A stretch of DNA of 64,000 nucleotides from NCBI GenBank assembly GCA_051294375.1, contig CM119263.1, positions 29,158,079 to 29,222,078 of the forward strand. The letters are read 5' to 3'. Source of the stretch: Paraspadella gotoi. Taxonomy: Eukaryota > Animalia > Chaetognatha. Below, one piece after another: positions 1 to 12,900 of the stretch. The position numbers were made by a program, and so were the translations under genes. The stretch's first letter is position 1. Every line of letters begins with the position of its first letter. A model generated the notes under the pieces. The model ran no database searches and was not told where the DNA came from. It saw only the letters and a list, made by a program, of their open reading frames with translations.

Positions 1-911
1 TACTTAAAAGCAGACAAATCAAACCTAAATTCTATTCTTACAGAAACAAAACTATAATAATTATTAATTAATATTCATATTCATCCTTTAAATGTATAAT
101 TAAACTATATTGATTCCTTAATTATAATAATTAAAAAAAATTTAGCAAAAGTACAGAATCTTTCTCTTCTTTTTATATTTATATTAAATTTTGATTCATT
201 CCTAGTTTTTTTTCTTATAAATTTTATATAATAAAGCTGAAAATCTTTTTTAAAATTAGATCTTACTCTTTTTTGGAAAAAAAAATTTTAAACTTGAAAA
301 AGATTTTCTTCTTACCGATTTTTTAAAAAAATTAAGCTCGCTGATTTTATCGAAATTTTTAACTACTTTCCAAATGATTATAGAAGAAAAAATTTATATG
401 ATCAGAACCAGCTTAGGTTAAAGGGTCAAACGTTATGTTTTCAGCTTTTTACCCCCCCTGTTCACTTGGTCCCCTTAGAGAGTGGTCTTTTATACAATTG
501 AAACATTCTTTGAAACATTATACCACTTCATTGAAGGGAAGCCAGGTACTCTGGGAGTGAAAAAATGCAGGAACCTGCTATGTTATTATCTTGTAAGAGT
601 GATGGAGGCATTAAACCACCAAAGCCTGTCCAAAGTCGGGGGCAAGATGGCTTATTTATTAAATGAATGGATAATTTTTATATTGGTTGTACCAATTTCA
701 TAACAAATTTATCAAATTAATTTAAATTTTGATTCGTTTCCAATTCCATTATTCTTTATTTTCAATTAAATATTTAAAAACAATGACTCAAAAATCAGAT
801 GGTCGGACAGCATATTTGTTTAAGCAATTTCTAAAAGGATAAAGTGACTGCTGAAGGTATTAGAGACTAAAAACTAGTAGCATTTCCAAACTTCTAATTG
901 TACTGTTTCAG

Positions 912-3900
912 AATCCGAATCTTAATTGCAATGACAAAATAGTATCAGTAGATGGAACTGCTGAAAGTTCATCAACATTAAATGATTCGCCAGTGGAAGA
1001 TGCGTTTAAGAATGGCGAATGGCACAGTAATGAAGGGAATGGCCAATGGATAGCTTATATTTTCAGCGATTATACTGCAGTATGTAAATATTGTTTCAGC
1101 TCCAGGTATTATGATAAAATATTATACATGTAAATATTACTGTTTGCAATGCCTTAGCTTTTAACATTTTAATCTAATAATATTAATTTTATGCCTAAAT
1201 CAACCACATAAAAAATAATAAAAATTGAATAGATTGTTATACAAAAATGTTCATGAATGACAATTTTTTTCATTGCCGATAAGGTTCATTATAAATTATT
1301 ATAAATTTATTTTAAAACATGCACTTTAACCATTTTGATCGTTGATATTTTATCATCAAAGTCAAACAAATAATGGTGAGGTAAGATGGAGTGAAGGAGA
1401 ACACCGTCTACTTGGTTACATCCAAAAATCATTTGTCGGCCACAAAGGGAACAACAACGAATGCTTAGCGTTTACAATAGGAAGATGCGTAATTTCGATT
1501 GTGGCCCAGGAAAGGAGCTCAATGATGACAAAGGAATGGACACCTTGTGTTCCGAAAAAGAACAAGAGGGGGGCGGAGTGGGAAGAGTGAATATTTTTTC
1601 ACCTCTTGTTTTGAATGAATCAACATTCAACAAAATGGTTTAAATTCATGGTCTCGTAAATAACAAAACAACTGTATCCTACAGCGATGTATTCAATGTA
1701 CTTTGACTAAAAAATTGTCTTTCATAAAAATTTTAAAAATTTTCTAAACTTTTTTTAGCAGGTAACAAATATTTTTTGTCGTATTTAAGTAACATTCTCT
1801 ACTTCCTTTTAAAACAAAATTTAAGCAATTTTATTATTATTTAACATAGATCATTAAAATTGATTTAAGGATTGACAATACTGAAAATAATGTTCTCTAT
1901 GATACGCCAAGAATATTTTGGGCTGAAGGTTCTAATAATGGATTGAGTTGGTGGCCTTTACAAAACAAAAATCATGCACAACCCCCTCCAGTTTTTACAG
2001 GTTATTACAATATCAATGTTAAAATAAGAATCAGGATATTTTCAATTTGATACAAATGAAGATATAAAGTTACTATTTTTAAAAAATACGAACTGAAAAA
2101 CTTTGTAATCTGATCAATTTCTTTTTTTTTCCAAAGGTGCAAGCCAAGAAGTATGCTACACAATACCTATTCCACAACCCTATTTGCGGTTTAGGTTGTA
2201 TGTTCCTGAAACACCAGGTCGACCTACTGGAGTTAAATTTACAGTAATAAGGAATATTAAATTAATTGGTGAAGATTCATCAGGTAAATTATATATATAT
2301 TTTGTATATAATTAAATCGCCATATATTTCTAAATGAAATTTTATAAATAAAATCTTTTTAAGGATCATGTGGAAACCAGAATGTGGCTGACCTTTCAAA
2401 TGATGCAACAGTAACAGCGACATCATTTTTAAATGAAAATTACCCACAAAATGCTTTTAAAGGGCTTAATTTTGAGTGGCATTCTCAAGACAAACCTCCT
2501 CAAAGCCTGGTTTACGATTTCAAAATCCCAAGAAAAATCTGCTTAATTTCATTTTTACCAAGAATAGATAACAATGAAGAAAACGTTCCGCGTGATTGCC
2601 CAAAGTCATGGACATTTGATGGTTCAAATGATGGGTCCAATTGGGAAACTTTAAAATACATACAATTAGAAGCTGTTTGCCAACCAAATGTCAGGATACA
2701 GCATATTATACCAAATTCTAAATCATTTCAAATGTACAGAATACAAATATTAGAAGTACCAGGAAGACTATCAGGCAATAAATTTGTAGTCATACGTGAT
2801 GTTCAAATGCATGAAGATTTAGGAACAGTCACACCAGTGTCAACTTTATCAACAAATCCGACTATTTCTACCCTCTCCACTGTTACTACATCAACAGTTT
2901 CAACTAGTTCTACATCCACACCTAATGATTGTACTCACAACATTGCCACAAATCCTAATGCAGGCAGTGCCTCAAGTGTTCTTACTGGGTCACAAGCTTC
3001 CTTTGCATTTGAAGGTATTGACAATAAAAAAGAGTGGCATTCAGGAAAGATGGAAAAAGATGTTCCTACATGGCTATCTTATACCACCTACAATGTTCCC
3101 GTGAAAGTGTGTAAAATTTCATTTTATTCAAGGTAATAATAAACTATATCCATTCTTCATCTTTATTAATACAAAAATAAAATATTATATGAAATTCTTT
3201 TTGTTGAGTTTGTTGTGTTGGCTCTATAAAAATAAAATGATAATTATATACTATAATAAATACATTTTTTATGGTTGTTTTTTAACAATAATTTTTAAAA
3301 TTTATTTTATTGATAAGCACACTACAGATCTGCTCAAAAAAAGTTTAAACTTTGAACCCCCTACTATCTCGCTTGTCTGTCATCCTATTAATTAAAATTT
3401 GGGTTCATTTGAAAGCCAAGACAAATATCTTTTATCCGAGCCCATGACGAGGTTTTTAGGCTAAATATTATAGAAGCTGTGCTAAAATAAAAAAATGGAT
3501 CGAAATTTTGTCTTATAAATTTTTTTTTGCGAAAAAAATTTTTTTATCCATCGTTTTTTGTACCATGGAAACTTCAAAACAGCTGATCCCCAAAAGTAAA
3601 GCTGCAATAGTTGAGCTTTGGAAGGGGGGTTTGTCAAGATATAGGATCACCAGACAGTTTTATTTCCCTCTAACAACCATCTGCAGAGTTGTCAACAAAT
3701 TTGAAGCAACTGGACACCTTGGACGAGCTGTTGGAAGCAGGCGGCCTCGCATGTCCACGGAGAGTGAGAACGATAACGTGGATAGTCTCGCAATTCAAGA
3801 TTGCAAGGCTTCTGCAAACCAGTTGGGGAAAAAAATGGAGAGAAGAGGAAGTGTTGCCAGTTGTTCAACAGTGAATGGGCAGCTTTTCATGGAGAATAGA

Positions 3901-6900
3901 GCTCTTGGATACAAAGCTAAAACTACTCAAAAATGTCATGAGGAAAATGAGATCAAGGTGCATAAGGTTGGCCTGGAAATTCACCTGATTGCAACTTCAT
4001 CGAAAATGTTTGGTCAAGGATGAAAAGGGATATTTTGCAGTATAACGCCATGACAGTCAACAAAATCTAAAAAAATTTAAAATGAATTTGGGGAGCTGAA
4101 CCCTTCATATTTGTGCAGCGCCTATAACTCTCTCCCTCATTGCAGGGAGGTGGAGTTGGAAGCAAATAGTGGTTTGACAACATATTAACTGAGTCCTAAA
4201 AGTACTATTTTCCTTCAAATAACGAAATAAAATGCTTTTATCATAACTGTTACGAAATAACTATCTTTTTTTTTAGCANNNNNNNNNNNNNNNNNNNNNN
4301 NNNNNNNNNNNNNNNNNNNNNNNNNNNNNNNNNNNNNNNNNNNNNNNNNNNNNNNNNNNNNNNNNNNNNNNNNNNNNNAACAAGTTTGAGCAAACAATGT
4401 CATATCTGCCTACGCTAACTTAGCAGTAATCAGCTAAAAAGTATGTAAGTTTGTAAAAAGTATTCAAAATGGAAAAAAGTATGCCAGTTAGAAAAAATAG
4501 TATGCAAGTTAGAAAAAATAGTATGCAAGTTGGAAAAAATAGTATGCAAGTTGGAAAAAAAAGTATGCATACTTAGAAAAAAGTATGCTTACTTTAAAAA
4601 AGTATGCATATTTTGAAAAAAGGGTGCATACTTTAAAAAAAGTATGCATACTTTAAGAAAAGTATGCATACTTGGAAAAATAGTATGCATACTTGGAAAA
4701 ATAGTATGCATACTTGGAAAAAATAGTATGCAAGTTGGAAAAAAGAGCATACTTTAAAAAAGTATGCATACTTAAAAAAAAAGTATGCATATTTTGAAAA
4801 ATGCATACATATTTTGAAAAAGTATGCATACTTTGAAAAAAGTATGCATACTTTTTCCAACTTGCATACTACTTTTCTCAACTTGCATATTACTTTTTTC
4901 AACTTGCATACTATTTTTTCAACTTGCATACTATTTTTTTCAACTTGCATACTACTTTTTTCAACTTACATACCACTTCTTTCAACTTGCATACTACTTT
5001 TTTCAACTTGCATACCACTTTTTTAACTTGCATACTACTTTTTTCATCTTGCATACTACTTTTTTTAACTTGCATACTACATTTTTCAACTTGCATACTA
5101 CTTTTTTAACTTGCATATTACTTTTTTCAACTTGCATATTATTTTTTTTAAACTAACTTTTTTTTATCTTGTAGAGAAGACAATAAGCTATCCGAAACCA
5201 TACTGATATGTATCGATTTTGTTCTATTTTACAAAAGATCTAGCAGGTTTTTTGGGAAAAGGGAAAAAACGGCCTCACCAGTCCATTTAAATACCATTTT
5301 TGGGCATGATAAAATGGGAATTTCGATCGCGCTGTTACCTCTATTAGCTTCCCAAGAAGCCCAGCTTTCGAAATATGCTCATATTGATATAGTTTTGGCC
5401 TTGACTATGCAGTTTTGAATAGAAATGAAATATAGAGGAATCTTGATCGGAACTTCGATTTGAATGATGCGCATCCCTAATTAATCAATCAATCAATCAA
5501 CGTTGGTATTCATCCTCATCATTGCTGTCATCAATATCGTCGTTTTTGTTATGGTTAGTGACCTGAAGAATTACCCAAAATTATGTCCACAGTATGAACT
5601 TTCAATAATTGTACTAACCAATCTATTTTCTTTGCCATAATTTCTTTTATAACGAGTAAGGGACTGGGTCTGTTTCTCTTTCTCTGATAAAAGTATAATT
5701 AAGTATAAAAGTAAAGTAAAGTAAAAGTAAAGTATAAAAGTATAATTACTAAATCATTTTTTCAATTTTTCTCACTTGATTGGAGGTTCCATCTTGTAAC
5801 GTTATACAGTTGAATCATCTTTTTCCAAAATGAATAAAAAACTTTAAAAAAAGGAAAAAAATTCAGGTAAAAGAAATCTAGACTGTAAACAACTTTTTTA
5901 TCCAAGTTTTTTTCTGAGTAAATCAGAGATGATGTATCCTTAATAACTTAGCTGCTTAATTTCTGAATTAATCAATATAGGTTATTGTAAATTTTTCAGT
6001 ACAAGAAAAGAAACAACTAACTTTTCTTATGGAAAAAAGCATCTCAGGGGAAAAAAATAAAAATAAACGATTGAAGTTTATGTATTCAATCATCATTCAA
6101 GCCTTTGCTACATTTGCGAGTATCGATATTGCAATCAATCGATGCTTTCTATGTAAAAGAATGCAAGTAAGATTGAAGGTTTTTTTTCTATTTTTGTATT
6201 TCACTTCACAAGCAAAGTTATGATCATAGAAAAAAAAGCACACTACCAATTGTTAACCATGATTCGAAGTATATAATACTAAAATCTGATTGGGCTATCT
6301 TCATTGGCTTTCAGAGAGAGATCATTTGGAAGATTTTCCACTTCTGACCCTGATATCTCGAAAAGTTGACGACGAGAAAAATTTTTGATTAGTGCATCTT
6401 GTAGCCCGGGAAAAAGCGAATTAATGACGCATCGGACAAGACTTTCAATTTCTAAATTTTAGGCGTAATGTTTAATAAATCGATGGATCCGTCTCCCCTT
6501 AAGTGGGTTAAAAATTAAAAAAACTATATTTAATATATAAAAAGTTAATTTTCAGCTTAAAATATAGCTTTTTCTAATTTTTGACCCACTTAATGAAGGA
6601 ATTTTTCAAAAAGAGTTATATTTCTTTTTACCAACTTTTTATGGCGAATCCAAATCTGCAAAAAAATCTTAGAAAAAACTGTTTTGAAATTTTAACATTT
6701 ATTGGTTTAGTACTAGTATAAATATGGCCTACTGCGTAAATTGTAAAATTTATTATGAATTTTTTGATTACATAAATGTTCATTAATATAATGTTGTTCG
6801 TTCCTCACTTTTAGAATTTTAATTAAAGTTAAATTTAGAAATTTTACTACGCCTTACAAACCACCCTTAACCAAACTACCAAGATTAGATATGTAGTCGG

Positions 6901-9900
6901 GCATTGCCTAAGTTCACCCCGCTGGGTTCAATCCCAACTCGGTACCGATCCGAGGACGGCCGTAAACCGAATTGGGGGCGTGGAAAACCCTCAAGTCTGG
7001 TTCCAAGCCCGGGACCCGTTCCATGGCTGCGAGAGGGGTTAAAGAAGTTGCGGATAGCACTCTTCAGTCCACTTAGCGCCTTATCTACAGTAACTACTAG
7101 GAAAAAAAAGTAATGATATATGCGAGTAGAAAAACGCCTGAGTCGGTTCCGGTCGGCGAAAGTAAAATAGTGCTTTTTGTTGTGCTTTAATGGGCTGAGC
7201 TCCTCCACTTGGACTTTTAGTTTCTAAATATGGCCACGTCAAAGAGATTAAGCTCACTCCCCAGTCCGCGAATCTTCAATCACTTTCTTTTGAAAAGATA
7301 AAATTCAAAAAGGAAAAACTTTACTAGATTTTCCGTCGAGGACAAGATGGTCGATTTTCATTACATAATAACACCCTAAATTAGAAAGGCACTTCTAAGG
7401 TGTAACGACATTACCATTCTCCTTGTGTTTGATTATATAGTACAAATCATATGTTTTCTAGGATTGACAATTCACTGGGTAATGCTCAAAATGACTGCCC
7501 CAATGATTTTGCTATACAAGGCTCAAACAACAACGCCTATTGGTATAATATTAGTATAGTTAAAAAAGAAGAACCCTGTCCATATAATGAAGAAATAACT
7601 TACACATTTAAAAATCTCAATGAATATACAACTTATCGAATTATAATATATGATGTACCAGGTAAGGAAATATATTAAAGATAGAAAAGTAAAAACAAAA
7701 TATCAATGTCATTTTTTTCCTCTCCAAGGGCGGGATCCGGCAACTAAATATGTGGTTATTCGAGGAGTAAAACTATTTGCTAATAAGCCATTCACAATAG
7801 GTAACTCTGAATTAATTAAATAATTTTAACTTCTCCCAGCAGTCACAAACCTAGAATTTACTTTGTTGGTATGATGGTTGAAAAAATACTTTTGTTAACA
7901 AATTATTATTATTATTAACATAAAATATTATAAAATTGGATTAAAGGGAAAATTAAATATTTAGAATTATTATTTAAAAAACTTAATATACGATTTAAGA
8001 CCTATGTAAAATTTTAATCATAATCAAAATCACATTATTATTTAAAATTATATTAATTTAAATTATATAATATAATAATTTTAATATATATATAAAATAT
8101 AATAATAATATAAAATAATATCAATTAAAATTATCAATTTTTTTCAAAAAATATCATTTCTCACTACTTTTTATTAAGGATTATATTAGACTGTTGGTAG
8201 GCGCAACATTGTTTAAAATTGTTAAATATTTTTAGGTCCAACAGCAAACCCATCGACACAATCAACAGTTTCTACGGTAAAAAAAAGATCAAGAGTGTTT
8301 TAAAATGATATCACTATATTATTCTTCCCAAAAGCTGAAAAAAAATATGTTATCTTTTACTTTTATTATGGTTTAATTATATTTCGGTTCAACATCAGCA
8401 TACATTTGGACTTATATATAAACAAAAAGCATAACAATTTAATTTTTCGCAGGAACTAAAGATCTTTTTTAATATTTCAGTTATCATTCATTAAAACATT
8501 TTATATTACTTTATACATAGTTATATCTATTAGTTGATCATTAAAATTAAGCTATCACAAAATATTATAATCTTACAGGTAATTTTTTCCAATTGATCAA
8601 ATATAACAAGCTTCTGCTGGTGCTATCAAAAAGAAGCAACTAAAAGATATAAAAAAATACATCATATAATGTATCATAAATCTGAAAATTATAGATTTAA
8701 AACAATACCAAGAACTTATCTAAGCAATTTGGGTGATATCTGTCAATTTCTTATAAATAAGTAGGCCACAAAGACGTAGTATTTTACTTTTAGAGATAAC
8801 TTTCAAAATTTATGAGGCTAGCGAGTTTAAAATTTCAAATTAGCTGATAAATAAAAGGTCAGATCTTACATCTGGGTATCTGCAACAAAAAATCTAATTC
8901 TAAGCGAGATCCTGCAAGATCACTTTTATAATTTAATTTTATCTAGCTTTAACTTATAAATTTATTTTTTGAAATTACGAAACTCCAGTAATAAATATTT
9001 TTGAATCAATCTTGTACAATCAAATCTTTGAAAATAAATTTTTATTAACATTTAGCTATCAACGGTTTCAACAACTGCTAATCCACCACAATGTGAAACA
9101 GATACAAATTTTGCTATTGGAGGAACAGCTTTTGCAAGTTCTTTCTTTGTCGGTTTTGAAGCAGAGAAAGGATTTTCAGGTTATTTTTATCAATAAAACA
9201 AATTTTAAAAAATATTACTCAAATATTTTATTGTACAAGGGGTTGACACAGAATGGCAGAGCCAAAATGGAATGCCACAATATCTGGGATATCATTTACT
9301 TGAACCAGCAGTTTTGTGCAGAGTTTCATTTTTACCGAGAAAGGATAACAGGTGATTATTGAAGTAAAAAATTCCATCAGTCATCACCAATTCTCTCTTA
9401 AACAAAATTGGTTCTGTAACAATGTAATAATTCTTAGTTTTGGAAACCTCCCACGAGATTGCCCAATGACCTATAATATTGAGGCCTCAAATGATGAATT
9501 CCAGTCAGAAACCAAGATTCTTCGAAGCGTGACCGATGCTCCAGCATGTGCAGAAGATGTAATCACCAACGTAATTTTTAACAATGAAATCTCATACAAA
9601 TCTTATAGGTATAATTAGTATTAATACATAGTATGCATAAAATTAACTAAAATCTTAATTTGCTCAGGGTTAAGGTTTTGGATGTACGTGGACGACCTGA
9701 TGGAACTAAATTTACCGTGATAAGAGACCTACAAATGTTTGGTATTAAACCTTGCAATGGAAACAAAAATTTGGCCATTGATGGAATAGCAACCGCATCT
9801 TCGTAATTGTTTTATTTTTAAGCTTTTAAAAATAAATAAGAAAACCTAATATCTATAGTTCATTCTAATTTTTTTTTTAAATTTTAGTGAATACCCTGGA

Positions 9901-12900
9901 AATGAAGCTGCTAAAGCCTTTGAAGGTGATACTAATGAATGGAGCAGCCAGGAAGGGATGCCTCAATACATAAATTATAAATTGATCAATGAGGAAATTT
10001 TATGCAAGATAAGGTTCATGCCCAGAAAAGACAATTCATTAGGAAATGTACCAAGAGATTGTCCTCAAAATTTTAAGATTGAGGGGTCAAATGATGGAAA
10101 TTTGTACGAAATATTAAAAGAAATTGAAGGTATTTATTTTATAAACTAAAATACTTAACAAAAAATTCTTAAAAGCGAAAATATCAATGATATCAAACGT
10201 TCATTTAAATATAGGTCTTCCCAATTGCGCTGTAAACCAAGAGATTGAAATTGTTCTTAATAATGACAAAGCCTACAAAAACTACAGAATTAAAATTGAG
10301 TCTGTTCCAGGGAGGTCTGATGGCCAAAAATATGTTGTTTTAAGAAACATACAATTTTATGGAAAAACCTCAACAGAAATACCATCAACAGGTATTACCC
10401 TATTCCTGTAAAACCTATAATAGAGTTAATAAATAAAACTTTTTATCTAGCAACACCACAACCACAGTGCCAAGGATTGATCAATTATGCCCAAGGAGGA
10501 ATAGCTTCTGCCTCTTCCGTGCTTGCGCCATCGGTGGGTGCAAACATGGCTTTTGATGGTAAATGTTTCATTGCAAAATAAAAATATTTGAAAAAAAATT
10601 AATAAGAAATGGAATAAATAAATTATACATTATATAGGACCTGGAAAAGAATGGCACGCTCAAGAAGGTGTACCACAATGGATTATGTATGAACTAACAG
10701 AAATAAAGGAAGTATGCAAAATTACATACCTTCCACGAATTGATAACAGTGCAGGAAATGTACCTAAAGACTGCCCAAAATCATACAAGTTTGAAGGATC
10801 AAAAGATGGCAACACGTTTGAAACTTTACTGGATATACAAGATCAGAATTTATGTGAACCCAATGCAATTTTGACACATTCATTTGCAAATGAAAAAGCA
10901 TTCAAGTATTATCGACTTAAAGTCACTGATGTTCCAGGACGAGGAACACAAAAATTTGTGATTATTCGTGATTTAAGATTTTTTGGAAAAGATGACTCGA
11001 TTGCTTGTAGTCAAACGAATATGGCCAAAGGTTAGTAAATGCAAAACAATTATTGTTTTTTTTTATTTCGCTTTTCTTTCATTCTCAAAACTATGTTTTC
11101 CTTACCACCACACCACATTTTCAACTTTATTTGGCAAAAGCACCTTTATATTACAACATATTGTAGGCTGGAACCATATTAACATTTTATTAATAGATTT
11201 AAAATTAACAGTCGAAACAAATAGAAATTTGAGTGTTACTTGACTTTGCTATACGCCTTTCCACAAAATCCCCGAGTATTCATTAAAGTAACTAACCATT
11301 ACATTTGGATGCATCATAAAAGTTATTTTTTAAATTTTTTAGAATTATAACATTATACATTTATAATATGTTAAAATGACAATGCTTAAAATTTAAAATA
11401 ATCTATTTTAATAAAAAATTTTGATTCATATAAAAGTGGAGAACAATTTAGTATTCTTCGATCTAATACTTAAGGGAGTGGTATTTTCATACAATTAAAA
11501 CATTCTCAGAAAAAAATTGGAAAATCAAATTGAAGTTTAAAATTTGATCTCTTAATAATTAGTCACCAAATATAGATGACTCATTACAAATGTGCTACAT
11601 TATACATCATAGGAAACCGAGACCTTCAAAACCGACTATCATTAAACACTCTTGAGTTTACAGTTGCATTGATATGGTGTCAAGGAAAAAAATCATACTG
11701 TAAAATGTTGCCAAAATTATGACGCATTCCGTTTATGGTCACAATTTTCCGGTGATGACGTGAAGGCGCAATTTTTTTCACTATTTTTTTCCCTAAAATG
11801 ATGCAATATTACTGGAATTATAGGACAGCTCGATCGAACAATGGACGCAAAATGGACTCATAGGGTTGTTTTACAAGTACTCACGGTGCAAATAGTAATT
11901 AATAATTTTAACTATTTTAGGTGGTGCGGCCTCTGCTTCCACTGAAATTATAGCAGATACCTCAGCTATAAAAGGCTTTACAAGTCCAAATGATAACTGG
12001 CACAGTGAGCAGGGAGTGCCTCAATATATCAGCTACACCTTCCCTCAATCTAGAAGTGCGTGCTCGATCAGTTTTTTGCCAAGACCAGACAATTCTAACA
12101 ATAATGCAATCCCTGATTGTCCAAAGACTTTCAATATTTATGGAATAGATTCTAATAACAACGAAAAACTTTTAAAAGCAGTGTTAAAAAATAATTGTGA
12201 ATTTAGAAATCGTATAGTAGTAAACTTGAATAATTATGACGCATTTAAAACCTACAAAATTAATGTGATTGATGTACATGGGCGAACCAATGATCAAAAA
12301 TTTGTGGTTATAAGCGATATTCAAATACATGGAGCTCAAGTGTGTGACCCTAATCCATGTAATGGGGGTACTTGTGCAAAAAATCCAGCATCAAGTGGTT
12401 ACAAATGCAGCTGTCCAAATGGGTTCCAAGGCTTAAACTGTGAAATCAATATTGCAAATTTTGACTGCAATCAAATACCGTGCAAAAATGGAGGAACTTG
12501 CAACAATGAAAACAAGGTAACAAAATGTGACAAAATAACATTCTGCAAGATATCAAAAATTATCTTTTAAATCAGTTTCACCAAATGAATTTAGTTTTTG
12601 TATAACTTTTTCATTTATAAAATAAATTTAATTATTTAATGATAACCATCAAAAAATGTAAAATATACAAACGATTAAACTAATGATTCTTTTAATTGTG
12701 ATCAAGATACTAATCTACCATTATTACAACTAACTAAAGTAATAAAAATTATTTTTTCTATGAGTGTTGTACATTCAGTTTTATTTACTCAAACAACCAT
12801 CAGGTTAAAAATATTAAATTTGGATAAAATAACTAAACAAACCTATTGAACCTATTTTTAATCTTAAATTTTATTTCAATTTAAACGACGAATAATAATT

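Noticed and set aside
482-860. Possible first exon or signal peptide (MAYLLNEWIIFILV) of the discoidin gene
   Set aside because: No convincing donor/acceptor combination joined it in frame to the exon at 912.
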